A stretch of DNA of 64,000 nucleotides from Candidatus Hydrogenedentota bacterium (GTDB lineage Bacteria > Hydrogenedentota > Hydrogenedentia > Hydrogenedentales > JAEUWI01): assembly GCA_016182605.1 (NCBI GenBank), contig JACPGE010000004.1, forward strand, positions 1,402 to 65,401. The letters are read 5' to 3'. A program made the position numbers and the translations under genes. Below, piece by piece: positions 10,567 to 20,579 of this stretch. The notes under the pieces were generated by a model, which was given only the letters and a program-made list of their open reading frames with translations, was not told the DNA's origin and made no database searches. Each line of letters begins with the position of its first letter. The first letter of the stretch is position 1.

Positions 10567-11972
10567 TGCGTATGGAAGAATTCACCGCGCGGCTTGTCCA
10601 CACGCTCGTAGGTGTGCGCGCCAAAATAGTCGCGCTGCGCCTGCAAGAGGTTTGCCGGAAGCACCGCGGAACGGTACCCATCGTAATACGCGAGCGCGGA
10701 CGAAAAGCACGGCATGGGTATGCCATGTTCCACGGCCTTCATGTTCACCCAGCGCAAGGCGTCGTGCGAGCGGTTCACAATTTCGTTGAAATACGGCGCC
10801 AGCATCAGGTTCACGCTGTCCGGATCCGCATCGAATGCCTTCTTGATCCCTTCTAGGAACTGCGCGCGAATGATGCACCCTTCGCGCCATACCATGGCGA
10901 TGTTGCCGTAGTTCAGGTTCCACTCATATTCGTCGGACGCCGCGCGCATCAATTGGAAGCCCTGCGCATAGGAACAGATCTTGGCCATGAAAAGGGCCTG
11001 GCGCAGGTCTTCCAGGGCGGCGGCACGGTCATGCGTAAACACCGCAGCCGGTCCTTCGAGCTTGGTGGATGCGTTGACACGCTCGTCCTTGATCGCCGAT
11101 ATGCACCGCGCAAAGACCGCCTCGGCTATCGTCGGAATCGGAACTCCCAGGTCCAGGCCGCTCTCCGAGGTCCACTTGCCGGTGCCCTTCTGGCCAGCCG
11201 TGTCCAGAATCACATCGACCATGGGCTTACCGGTCTCAGGATCGGTCTTCGCCAGGATCTCAGCGGTGATCTCAATCAGGTAGCTCGCAAGTTCGCCTTG
11301 ATTCCATTCCGTAAATACTTCGGCCTGTTCCGCGGGTGTCATGCCCAGCAGATTGCGCATGAACCAGGAGGTCTCGCAGATCAACTGCATGTCGCCGTAT
11401 TCAATGCCGTTGTGCACCATCTTCACGTAGTGGCCGGCGCCGCCGCTGCCCATGAACTGACAGCAGGGCGCGCCGTCTTTCGCCTTTGCCGCGGTCGCCT
11501 GGAAAATATCGCGTATCTGCGGCCAGGCCTCTTCCGATCCGCCCGGCATCATGGAGGGACCACGGCGCGCGCCTTCTTCACCGCCACTCACGCCGATGCC
11601 AAAGAAGCACAGGCCCTTCTCTTCCAGGCAGGCCACGCGCCGCACGGTATCCTGAAAATAGCTGTTGCCGCCATCAATGATAATGTCGCCCGGCGCAAGG
11701 TGGGGGAGAAGCTGCTCGATCATGGCGTCCACCGGCTTCCCCGCCTTCACCATCAGCATGATCCGGCGCGGCACCGCAAGGGCGTCGCAGAACGCTTCCA
11801 CGCTCTCGCAGAATACGGCCTGCTTATCCTTGGCCTCGCCTTCGCGGAAGGCCTTGAGCGGTTCCGGGCTCCGGTTATAAACCGCTACGTTGAAGCCCTT
11901 GTCCATCATGTTCAGGGCCAGGTTCGATCCCATTACCGCCAACCCGGCCACACCGATATCACACTTTGCCAT
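10554..11972 (-). CDS. gnd: 6-phosphogluconate dehydrogenase, decarboxylating
   Basis: N-terminus MAKCDIGVAGLAVMGSNLALNMMDKGF and strong full-length conservation. Start was set at MAKCD. Confidence 0.9.
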   Translation of the reverse strand: MAKCDIGVAGLAVMGSNLALNMMDKGFNVAVYNRSPEPLKAFREGEAKDKQAVFCESVEAFCDALAVPRRIMLMVKAGKPVDAMIEQLLPHLAPGDIIIDGGNSYFQDTVRRVACLEEKGLCFFGIGVSGGEEGARRGPSMMPGGSEEAWPQIRDIFQATAAKAKDGAPCCQFMGSGGAGHYVKMVHNGIEYGDMQLICETSWFMRNLLGMTPAEQAEVFTEWNQGELASYLIEITAEILAKTDPETGKPMVDVILDTAGQKGTGKWTSESGLDLGVPIPTIAEAVFARCISAIKDERVNASTKLEGPAAVFTHDRAAALEDLRQALFMAKICSYAQGFQLMRAASDEYEWNLNYGNIAMVWREGCIIRAQFLEGIKKAFDADPDSVNLMLAPYFNEIVNRSHDALRWVNMKAVEHGIPMPCFSSALAYYDGYRSAVLPANLLQAQRDYFGAHTYERVDKPRGEFFHTQWTS

Positions 11973-12023
11973 ATGCTGCTGCTCCTGCAAAACCCCCGCC
12001 GGGGCCTGCCGTTGTTGCTTATT

Positions 12024-12215
12024 TCAGGATTCCCGCGAACGGCGGAAATGATGCATCAGGCAGGTGGTCTTCGCTTCGGCCACCAAGGGGGTCACCGAAA
12101 AAAGCTCCCAACCATCCGCACCGAGATCATTCAAGGTTTTCTCGTCTTCGTCACTGTGGTGGATGTGCCCGCCGACCACACCGATCGCGACCCACCGGTA
12201 CTCCCACTTCACCAT
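12024..12215 (-). CDS. DUF4177-like small protein
   Basis: 63 aa, with MVKWEYRWV...GWELFSV resembling the DUF4177 consensus. Confidence 0.35.
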   Translation of the reverse strand: MVKWEYRWVAIGVVGGHIHHSDEDEKTLNDLGADGWELFSVTPLVAEAKTTCLMHHFRRSRES

Positions 12216-12246
12216 GACCTCTTCTCCTCAGGTTTGCTGCGCTGGC

Positions 12247-13551
12247 TCAAGTGGCGGCCTGCCGCACAAGCCGCACCGCCTGCAATTCATAGTCACCAAG
12301 CCGTTTCTCTGCGAACACGGGCTTCAGCCTGGAAAAGCGCTGCCGGCCATTGACCACCGGAACACTGGCCCAGTCTTCGCCTATCAGCGGCTTCGCATAT
12401 TTTACAAATTCGTCGGACACGTCCGTGCCGTCCGCCGCGATCCATTCCGCGGGGAAGGTCCGCTCCGAATTCGCCACGTCCTTCAACGGCACTTTGTCAT
12501 AGCGCACGCTGTAGATCAACCCGGGATTCCGAAGCACGGTCGACATCCAGCCATTTTCTCCCGACGCCGCAATCTCCACCGCCTTCAAGCCCACATTAAA
12601 GGCTTCGTCCAGGTCGGGAATGGAGGCGTATACACACGTATCGCGCTGATCCGTGCCGTAGACCTGGCCGCGGGCGGCGCCGCGCGCGGCAAGCCCATGG
12701 TCGTTCAGGAGGTTCACCACCTTTTGCGCCACCGTCAATTTGGACGCGCCGAACTGCGCATGCCCGAAGGAATCCTTCAACGCGCCCAGTTCGCCCACAT
12801 CGAATCCTTCGCTCACCACCACGATGCAACGCCCGTCACGCCGCAACTGTTCGTTCACGTTGTCGCAGAGCTGCTCCGCCGTCACCTTCGACTCCGCCAT
12901 ATAGATCTGGAGCGGCATTTCGCGCTTTGGATCCGCCAGGCGCGCCGCCGCGGGAATGTAGCCGATCTTCCGGCCCATCGCCTGCAACACCAGTACCGGA
13001 TCCGAAGGACAGGATCCCGCGTTTTCTTCGTTCGCGTTCTGTACGGCGCCCATCCAATAGCGCGCCACGCTGCCGTATCCCGGCGTGTGATCGATCAGCT
13101 TGAACCCGGAATCGCCCACATCATTGTCGATGGTCTTCGGCACACCCACCGCCACTAGGTCCAGCCCGCGATCATGCGCCATCTGCGCCACCTTGTGGCA
13201 GGTGTCCATCGAGTCGTTGCCGCCGTTATAAAAGAAATACCCGGCGTTGTGCGCCCGGAACACGTCGATGATCCGGTCGAAGTCCTCGTTCTGATGCGAC
13301 TTCAGCTTGTAGCGGCAACTTCCGATCGACCCCGCCGCAGGCGTATAGCGCAAGAGGGCAATCTCCTCCTCGTCTTGCCCGGAGAGATTCAACAGCTCCT
13401 CTTTCAACACACCTTCTATGCCATGCCAGCCGGCATAGACCGTGCCAAAGGTCTCCGGAAAGGCGCGGCAACCCTCGATCACGCCCCGCAGGGAACTGTT
13501 GATGACCGGCGTCGGCCCGCCGGACTGCGCAACGATAACATTCTTCGCCAT
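12247..13551 (-). CDS. 6-phosphofructokinase, probably pyrophosphate-dependent
   Basis: PFK family motifs VAQSGGPTPVINSS and GGNDS. The 430-aa length fits PPi-PFK. Start was set at MAKNV. Confidence 0.75.
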   Translation of the reverse strand: MAKNVIVAQSGGPTPVINSSLRGVIEGCRAFPETFGTVYAGWHGIEGVLKEELLNLSGQDEEEIALLRYTPAAGSIGSCRYKLKSHQNEDFDRIIDVFRAHNAGYFFYNGGNDSMDTCHKVAQMAHDRGLDLVAVGVPKTIDNDVGDSGFKLIDHTPGYGSVARYWMGAVQNANEENAGSCPSDPVLVLQAMGRKIGYIPAAARLADPKREMPLQIYMAESKVTAEQLCDNVNEQLRRDGRCIVVVSEGFDVGELGALKDSFGHAQFGASKLTVAQKVVNLLNDHGLAARGAARGQVYGTDQRDTCVYASIPDLDEAFNVGLKAVEIAASGENGWMSTVLRNPGLIYSVRYDKVPLKDVANSERTFPAEWIAADGTDVSDEFVKYAKPLIGEDWASVPVVNGRQRFSRLKPVFAEKRLGDYELQAVRLVRQAAT

Positions 13552-13601
13552 ACTGCTCATCCTTAGATTCCGTTCCACGGCGCACCTATTCAAGCTCCGA
13601 A

Positions 13602-14234
13602 CTAGACGCCCGCAGCCCCGTCCGCGGGCGCCGCCACCGCCTTCAAAAACTTCGCCCGATCATCCTCCACGACCAGATCCCGCACCATCTGCGCCCAGGC
13701 GTGGTTGGGATACTGCTCCAAAACCTGATGAATGACCGGATTGGCCTCCAGCATTCCACCCGACAAATATAGCGCGATGACCCGGTTCACTGCACCCTCG
13801 GGATCCAAGGGCTTCACCGCCAGCATTTGCTCATACCGCTCCAGTGCGCGCCCGTAGGCCGCCTTGCCTTCTCCCGGCGCGCCTGACAATTCGAGGAAGA
13901 TCCCCAGGAATATGTGGCCCTCCGCCAATTCCGGCTCCAGCCGCACCACCTCCGACTCCGCTGCCGCAGCCTCGGCAAAGTTCCCCTGCCGCGCCAACAC
14001 CTTGGCCCGGGTATCGTGGGCCGCCGCGTAGTCCGGGTCAAAACTCAGCGCCTCATCGATGGCGGTCAATGCCTCCTCCACCCGCGATTCCCGCAGTGCC
14101 TTCAGGGCCTTCTCGTGCAATTCAAACGCATGCGTCGAAGGTACGTAGGCGTCCCGTTTGGCGCCCTGCTCATAGCATCCGGACAATAGCACCGCAATCA
14201 ACAGCACCAACCCCGCCTGTGTCCCCCGGCGCAC
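13602..14234 (-). CDS. TPR-repeat lipoprotein
   Basis: A GTG start gives MRRGTQAGLVLLIAVLLSGC (lipobox). TPR-like helical repeats follow. The start was chosen to remove the 79-nt same-strand overlap with the upstream gene. Confidence 0.5.
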   Translation of the reverse strand: MRRGTQAGLVLLIAVLLSGCYEQGAKRDAYVPSTHAFELHEKALKALRESRVEEALTAIDEALSFDPDYAAAHDTRAKVLARQGNFAEAAAAESEVVRLEPELAEGHIFLGIFLELSGAPGEGKAAYGRALERYEQMLAVKPLDPEGAVNRVIALYLSGGMLEANPVIHQVLEQYPNHAWAQMVRDLVVEDDRAKFLKAVAAPADGAAGV

Positions 14235-14236
14235 GA

Positions 14237-15520
14237 TTACATTCCCTCGACGTGATACAGGATCTCGCCCGCATTGTGCACCACGAGGATCCCTTCGTCC
14301 TCGCGGTTTTCCCATTCGCTGATATGGATGCTATCCGGATCGCGGTACCCCAGATTGATCTCCCGGCATTCCGCCTCGGGGATGGAGGTCGCCAGGGTCA
14401 CTTCCACCCGCGGCACTTCCACCCCGTTTTCATAGGTGCCCATCCCCTTTACATGCGTGGAATGCGCCAGAATGCCCCCAGGGATATCGGCAAAGCGCTC
14501 CATCTGCATCGTGAAATAGTCGCGCACGTGGTAGCCGATCTTCTTGATTAGGTGACCGTGGGTGACGCTCACTTCTTTTACGTGCTTGCCATAGATAATC
14601 AATTCGCCGCCATCGGCCACCGCCGGTTCCAGCTTGTACATGCACTTGCCCGCCACCCAAAGCTCATCATACTTCTCGGAGGCAATGGCCAGCACCTTCT
14701 TGAAGGGCCGCTTCACATAACGGATGTGCAGGCCCGCCGATCGATCGGCCGCGCGCGACCAGGCCGCCTCGGGCGTGCCATAACAGATCGCCTGCGCCTC
14801 GACCCCAACAATCGAAAGGCAGAAACACGACTTCCGGATCGGGATCATGCCCGCGGCGTAATCCACCACGGCACGCACCGGCGTCGTCTTCGTTCCGTTG
14901 ATGCTGTAGTTCGTAATCAGCGCGCCCAGCCAGTGGAACATGTCCAGGATCTGCTGGCCGCCGATGCCCGGAAAGAAGTATTTGTTGCCGCCACTGAAGC
15001 CCACCACCTCATGCGGGAATACCGGCCCCACCACGATGACATGATCGTAGTCAAGGACGCGCTTGTTGATGTGCACCGGCACATCCATCGACATGCGCCC
15101 CTCGGAGAGCACCTCCAGGGTGGCCGCATCGATAACGCCTATTTCCGCCAGGCTCGCCGGATCGTCCCACGCGTGGTTATAGATGCCCACCTTGCCATAA
15201 GTTACGAGACGTTCTTTCTCGCTCAGACCAAACCACCTGCGGATCGCGTCCTCGGGCATGGGGGGGTGGGTGCCCAGCGCAATCAACACGTCCACCTGCG
15301 CGGCTACTGGCAGGGCGGCATCGCAGAAGGCGCGGAACATGGCCGCCATCGGCATGCTCCGCGTGGTATCGGGCACCACAAAGAGCACCCGCTCGCCGCG
15401 GATGTCCGCACTTTCGAGCGCCTCCGCCACAAAGACCGCCAGCGACGCGCCGGAGAGGGTACCCGTCTCCGCAACCGCTTCAAGTAGTTCGGCAGGGGCC
15501 GCCGTCGTAAGGTGTGCCAT
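14237..15520 (-). CDS. LarA-like (DUF2088) nickel-pincer-cofactor-dependent racemase/epimerase family protein
   Basis: Resemblance to the lactate racemase N-terminal domain (VLIALGTHPPM, GFSGGNKYFFPGIGG). Confidence 0.5.
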   Translation of the reverse strand: MAHLTTAAPAELLEAVAETGTLSGASLAVFVAEALESADIRGERVLFVVPDTTRSMPMAAMFRAFCDAALPVAAQVDVLIALGTHPPMPEDAIRRWFGLSEKERLVTYGKVGIYNHAWDDPASLAEIGVIDAATLEVLSEGRMSMDVPVHINKRVLDYDHVIVVGPVFPHEVVGFSGGNKYFFPGIGGQQILDMFHWLGALITNYSINGTKTTPVRAVVDYAAGMIPIRKSCFCLSIVGVEAQAICYGTPEAAWSRAADRSAGLHIRYVKRPFKKVLAIASEKYDELWVAGKCMYKLEPAVADGGELIIYGKHVKEVSVTHGHLIKKIGYHVRDYFTMQMERFADIPGGILAHSTHVKGMGTYENGVEVPRVEVTLATSIPEAECREINLGYRDPDSIHISEWENREDEGILVVHNAGEILYHVEGM

Positions 15521-15537
15521 GTGCCACAGGCTCCAAT

Positions 15538-16689
15538 TCAGTTCAGGCCAAATCCGAGACCACGCAGGCGCGCAACGAGACCCGGGTCCGGCACACCTTC
15601 CAGGGTCAAACAGGGGAACTCCCGCCGCACGGGATACTGCTTCCGCAGGGCGTCAAAGCCCGCACCGCGCTCTGGCTCGGGCAATGCCAGAAGAGCCCGC
15701 ATCGCCCGGTCGTCCGCCAGCAAGTCGTAGCCCGCAGCCACCGCTTCATCCAGGCCGCCCGCCAAGTTCATCGCGCGCACGCCAGTATTGGGTACCCAGG
15801 CCGGATCCCAAGTGGCCGCCACACCAAAGTACTTCGCGGCGGCTTCAAACATCTGGCGGGTCCCGTTGACCTTGCCGTCGTAGGAATACCCGGCGATGTG
15901 GGGGGTGCCGATAGCCACCCGCTCCAGCAGGTCCCATGCAATATTCGGCTCCTTCTCCCACACATCCAGCACCGCCGCCCGCAGGTGGCCCGAATCCAGG
16001 GCCACACGAAGTGCGTCCGTCGCCACCACCGCACCCCGCGACGTGTTCATCAGTATCGCACCCGGCCGCATCCGGGCCAGGGTGTCGTCGTTCATCAGGT
16101 GCCGCGTGGGGTACGGGCCGCCACGCTCCAGAGGCACGTGCAAGGTTACAATATCACAGGCGAGCGTTTCTTCCAATGACCGGTACAACGGCTCCTTGGT
16201 CTCCGCCGCCAGGGGCTCGTCGTTCACCACACAGCGCATGCCGAGGGTGCGCGCTTTCGCCAGCACCCGCTTGCCCACGTTTCCACAACCAATCACCCCC
16301 AGCGACAGGCTGCCCAGGTCCAGCCGATACCGCCGCGCCAGTTCCAGCAGGGCCGCCGTAATGTACTCGGACACGCTGTTGGCGTTGCACCCGGGCGCAC
16401 TGGAAAACCCAATGCCCCGCGTTGCCAGAAAGGCCCTGTCGATATGGTCCTCGCCGATGGTGGCCGTACCCACAAACTGGATGCCCGTCCCCTCCAGCAG
16501 CGCCGCATTCACCTCCGTTATGGAGCGCACCATCAGCACATTGGCATCGCCCAGATCGGCGGCACGCAGGCCCCTTCCGGGACACAAGCGCACCTCGCCC
16601 AGCGCGCCGAAGGCTTCCCGCGCCAACGGAATATTTTCGTCGGCCACAATCCGCAATTTTTGGGGTGCAGCGCCGCTCACGATTTCCAC
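15538..16689 (-). CDS. pdxB: Erythronate-4-phosphate dehydrogenase
   Basis: Recalled from memory, it aligns along its whole length with E. coli PdxB: LRIVADENIP, LMVRSITEVN, FVGTATIGEDHID, GIGFSSAPGCNA. Confidence 0.8.
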   Translation of the reverse strand: MEIVSGAAPQKLRIVADENIPLAREAFGALGEVRLCPGRGLRAADLGDANVLMVRSITEVNAALLEGTGIQFVGTATIGEDHIDRAFLATRGIGFSSAPGCNANSVSEYITAALLELARRYRLDLGSLSLGVIGCGNVGKRVLAKARTLGMRCVVNDEPLAAETKEPLYRSLEETLACDIVTLHVPLERGGPYPTRHLMNDDTLARMRPGAILMNTSRGAVVATDALRVALDSGHLRAAVLDVWEKEPNIAWDLLERVAIGTPHIAGYSYDGKVNGTRQMFEAAAKYFGVAATWDPAWVPNTGVRAMNLAGGLDEAVAAGYDLLADDRAMRALLALPEPERGAGFDALRKQYPVRREFPCLTLEGVPDPGLVARLRGLGFGLN

Positions 16690-17567
16690 CGCGGCGTGGC
16701 CGGCAGGTAAGAATCGAACTCTTCGATCAGGGACTCCTGGTAGGCGCCTCCAAACTTGCCGTCGAAGAATCGGTCCAGCCCCTCATAGAAGAGGCGTTCC
16801 CAGGAGGCATCTTCCGCGCCGGGATTGATGGGGAAGAACCAGGCCTGATTGGCTTCGGCGGCCTTGAAGTCGCCCGGCGCGTCGCCGATCATCAGAATCT
16901 TCGTGTTCTCGTAACGGCCCTGGCTGGCAAAGGCAATGTGCTCGCCCTTCTTGCCCTGCTCCTGGCCCGCGATAGTGAACACCAAATGTGCCAGATCCTG
17001 TTCTTCCCATTCGCGCTGCAACGCCGCTTGGGGCGTCTGCGAGCACACCAGCAGGTCGGCGCGATCGAACGCCTTTTGCAGCGACTCCCGCACGAAGGGG
17101 AAGGGGGGGAGACCCCCCTGCACAATATCGTCCACCGATACGTTTACCGCTTTGCTCCAGGCCAGGGTCTGGTGCATGTCCGGGTGGTCGTGTTCTTTGC
17201 AGTAGGCTTCCAGCGCCGGGTTGCCCAACTTCGATTCCTCCTCGATCCATTGGCGCAGGTGGGGAATCGCGGGAATCTTCACCCCGCGCGCCATCGCCTG
17301 ATCCCATTCCAGCAGGAGATCGAAGGTCTTCACCAATGCCGGAAAGCGGTTTACCCCGCGCCACTTGGAATAAAGGTTCACAAACTCCGCAGCCTCGCGC
17401 GCATACTTCGAGATAGCTTGCAGCCCGAAAAATTTGATGGTATTGGGTATGAAGCACTCCTTGTGCTTCACCTCCATCGTGTCGAAGGCGCAGCCATCGG
17501 AGTCGATGGCGATCAGAAATTCGTATTTCGGCTGGTGACCCTGCAAAGCCGCAATTGCGTTGTCCAT
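16677..17567 (-). CDS. HAD-superfamily hydrolase
   Basis: Motif I DSDGC. Motif IV region LMIGDAPGD. Confidence 0.45.
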   Translation of the reverse strand: MDNAIAALQGHQPKYEFLIAIDSDGCAFDTMEVKHKECFIPNTIKFFGLQAISKYAREAAEFVNLYSKWRGVNRFPALVKTFDLLLEWDQAMARGVKIPAIPHLRQWIEEESKLGNPALEAYCKEHDHPDMHQTLAWSKAVNVSVDDIVQGGLPPFPFVRESLQKAFDRADLLVCSQTPQAALQREWEEQDLAHLVFTIAGQEQGKKGEHIAFASQGRYENTKILMIGDAPGDFKAAEANQAWFFPINPGAEDASWERLFYEGLDRFFDGKFGGAYQESLIEEFDSYLPATPRWKS

Positions 17568-17654
17568 GGCTAAACCTCATGCTCTCTGGAAAGGGTTAAG
17601 AACTCGGGATAGTCCCCCGATTTCCGATCGAGAAACCCGGTAGGCTCGATGCGC

Positions 17655-18488
17655 TCAAACCCCCGAATAGGCGGAAAAACCACCGTCGATCGGAACGATG
17701 ATCCCCGTGACGAAGCGCGCCGCATCGCTCGCGAGAAATACCGTTGCACCCGCGAGGTCTTCTGGAGCCCCATAGCGGCCCTGCGGGGTGTGCGAGAGAA
17801 TTTGCCCGCCCCGCGCTGTCGGCTGGCCCGTCTCGGCGTCCACCAGCAAATAGCGGTTCTGGTCCGTGAGAAAAAAGCCCGGGGCAATCGCGTTCACCCG
17901 CAGCTTTGGGCCATACTCCTGCGCCAGATGCACCGCCAGCCACTGCGTGAAGTTGTTCACCGCCGCCTTGGCCGCGCTGTAGCTCACAATCCGCGTCAGC
18001 GGCCGGAACGCGTTCATGGAGGAAATGTTGATGATGCTTGCGCCATCTTCGTTGCTCAGCATGTGCTTCGCGAAGACCTGTGTCGGTATCAGCACGCCGT
18101 GCACAAAGTTCAGGTCGCTCACCCACTTGATCGCGTCCGCCGGAATATCAAAGAAGGACTGCTCCGCGTTCGTCGTGGCTTTCGGGGAGTTCCCGCCCAC
18201 CCCGTTCACGAGGATGTCGATGCTGCCCAGGCTCTCCATGACATACTGCGCCGCCGCCTCGATGCTCTCCCGGTCAAACACATCCATCACCACGGCCAGC
18301 GCCTTGCCGCCCGCCTCACTGATCCGATCGGCCACCTCCGCCGCCTTCTCCAGTTGGATATCCGCAATCACGACCGTCGCCCCGGCTTCCCCGAGCCCGC
18401 ACGCGATGGCCCCGCCCAGAATCCCGCCACCCGCCGTCACCACCGCCACCTTGCCCTCAAGATTGAATTCGTTCAGGATGCTCATCAT
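17655..18488 (-). CDS. SDR family oxidoreductase
   Basis: Rossmann motif VTAGGGILG and overall SDR layout (gluconate-5-dehydrogenase-like). Confidence 0.8.
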   Translation of the reverse strand: MMSILNEFNLEGKVAVVTAGGGILGGAIACGLGEAGATVVIADIQLEKAAEVADRISEAGGKALAVVMDVFDRESIEAAAQYVMESLGSIDILVNGVGGNSPKATTNAEQSFFDIPADAIKWVSDLNFVHGVLIPTQVFAKHMLSNEDGASIINISSMNAFRPLTRIVSYSAAKAAVNNFTQWLAVHLAQEYGPKLRVNAIAPGFFLTDQNRYLLVDAETGQPTARGGQILSHTPQGRYGAPEDLAGATVFLASDAARFVTGIIVPIDGGFSAYSGV

Positions 18489-18761
18489 TCTTCCTTATGC
18501 CGCCGCAATTCTGAGCGGTCTCAGAAATTCGCGGAAATCTTCCATTATTGATGCAAACCGGGGGGTGCCTGGACGCGATTCGGGACACTCGTCCGCCCTT
18601 GGGGCACAATCTTGTGCTGGGACCGCGTAACGGCAAAAATCGTAGCATAGTGCGGCACTTCTTGTAAAAAAAGACTCGAAAAACCCTCTTCCGGACCTCA
18701 ATTGCCTCCCCATCGGGTTTCGGGTAAACTATAGACACGTTCCAGCTCTTGGGGTATATGG

Positions 18762-20570
18762 ATGTTCGACATGAATTTCGGCCGTGCACTACCCGTGCGC
18801 CTTGCCCAGTGCCTGTGCTTCCTCCTCACGCTTGCCGCCGCCGCACTGCATGCAGACCCGGGGACCGACGCCTTGGACGCGTATTTGCAGGACACCTCTG
18901 TTCAGCAACAATTGCGGGATCATGGCGTGGAAGCCATTCGTTTGGCCTGGATGGAAGCCTGTCCCCAGGCACCGGGCGGCTTTGTGTACGGATTGCAGGT
19001 GGACGCCGCGGGGGATCCATCACCCGTTACGATATATCTCACCCTCGATGGCGCGCTGGTGGCGCCGGACGCGTATGAAGCACTTGGCCTTTCATCCCAG
19101 GCCGCCCGTCCCGTAGCCCTCTCCACCGACACGGAGATCAATGTCCCCCTCCCGGACTCCAAAACCCAAGAGGCCCCACCCGCACTGCTTGATGTGCTGG
19201 CCACCGAATACCTGACGCCGGTCCTCGATCCAAAGGCCTTTATCGCGGCTCTCGCCGGCCCGGAGAAGGACCTCTTTGTCACGGGGGGCGTGCTTCCCTT
19301 GGAGGACCCCATCCGCGTCACCGGTGCGGATGCGACAGCGGGGGAGTGGGCGCCCGCCAGCGGGGGACGCTGGGTCTGGACCCTGAACCTGGTTGCCCTG
19401 GGCGCAAAAGGGCAACGCATCCACTTTAGTTCGGTGGCCTTACCGGAGGGCGCAACGCTCCTGACTGCAAACGAGGCCCGGCCCGAGGAAGTCTTTAGCA
19501 TCCCCTCCGGCGACGACTACTGGAGCCCCACCTGCTTTAGTGAGGGCGTCGTGCTTCAATGCATGGCGCCAGACGCCGCTGCAATACCACTCGTGTCTCT
19601 GCTCATCGACAAGATCACCTACCAGTTCATCGATCCCATCGAAGCGGCCCGCGAAAAACAGGCCGGTTCCTGCAACAATGACACGCCTTGTTTTCCCGAT
19701 TGGGAGTCCGAGGCCAAGGCCGTTGCCCTCTGGGGCACGGTAAACAACAGCGGGAACGTCTCCTTCCTGTGCACCGGCAGTCTCCTGGCCGACCTCGACC
19801 CCAGCACGAGCCTGCCCTTTTTTCTCACGGCAAACCACTGTGTCTCCTCCGCCGGCGCGGCGTCGGCCATGGAGTTCTTCTGGTTCTACGAGCGCGCACA
19901 GTGCGCCACGGGCGACTTGCCGGTCCGCAACCTGAGCCCGCGCACGGCAGGCGGCGCCGACCTGCTCTTCACCGCCAGCGACCGTTCCGGAACCGACGTT
20001 TCCCTCCTGCGCATCCGCAATACGCCGCCCGCCGGGGTGTCGTTTCTCGGCTTCAGCACCCAGCCCGCAGCCGTCAGCACGGGCGTCGTCTGCATTCACC
20101 ATCCCCAATCCGATTACAAGCGCATCTCCTTTGGCCATCTCATCAACACGGGCAGTCCGGCGCTGGGTGGCGAACCGCTGCAGCCGCGCGCCCGCTTCAA
20201 TGAAGTCCTCTGGGATGACGGCACCACGGAGGGAGGTTCTTCCGGGAGCCCCCTCTTGCGCACCGACACCGGGCAGGTCATTGGGCAGCTCTATGGGGGC
20301 CGTGCCTCCTGCTCGGCCAGGCCTGAACCGGACTATTACGGCCGCTTCGACGTCTCCTTCCCGTCCTTGTGCGCTTTCCTGAACCCCCTGCTCAGCCCCT
20401 TCGACCTCAACCGGACCTGCACCATCGACGCCGCCGATCTGCAACTGGTCATCAATGCCGCCCTTTCCCTCTCTGGTGCGGCCGGCACCGATTTGAATGA
20501 CTCGGGGAGTGTTAACGCCGTCGATGTGCAAATCATGATTCAAGCCATCCTTAACCCTGCGGACGCGTGA
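18762..20570 (+). CDS. Secreted trypsin-like (S1-fold) serine endopeptidase with a C-terminal dockerin-like domain
   Basis: Signal peptide. His motif LTANHC, Asp in GTDVSLLRI, Ser motif TEGGSSGSP (like Glu-specific V8-type proteases). C-terminal DLNDSGSVNAVDVQIMIQAIL resembles a dockerin repeat. Confidence 0.6.
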   Translation: MFDMNFGRALPVRLAQCLCFLLTLAAAALHADPGTDALDAYLQDTSVQQQLRDHGVEAIRLAWMEACPQAPGGFVYGLQVDAAGDPSPVTIYLTLDGALVAPDAYEALGLSSQAARPVALSTDTEINVPLPDSKTQEAPPALLDVLATEYLTPVLDPKAFIAALAGPEKDLFVTGGVLPLEDPIRVTGADATAGEWAPASGGRWVWTLNLVALGAKGQRIHFSSVALPEGATLLTANEARPEEVFSIPSGDDYWSPTCFSEGVVLQCMAPDAAAIPLVSLLIDKITYQFIDPIEAAREKQAGSCNNDTPCFPDWESEAKAVALWGTVNNSGNVSFLCTGSLLADLDPSTSLPFFLTANHCVSSAGAASAMEFFWFYERAQCATGDLPVRNLSPRTAGGADLLFTASDRSGTDVSLLRIRNTPPAGVSFLGFSTQPAAVSTGVVCIHHPQSDYKRISFGHLINTGSPALGGEPLQPRARFNEVLWDDGTTEGGSSGSPLLRTDTGQVIGQLYGGRASCSARPEPDYYGRFDVSFPSLCAFLNPLLSPFDLNRTCTIDAADLQLVINAALSLSGAAGTDLNDSGSVNAVDVQIMIQAILNPADA

Positions 20571-20579
20571 GGCAAGCGA

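Noticed and set aside
16422-17573. 383-aa plus-strand ORF overlapping pdxB/HAD on the opposite strand
   Set aside because: It is antisense to genes with clear motifs and has a Pro/Arg-rich low-complexity composition.
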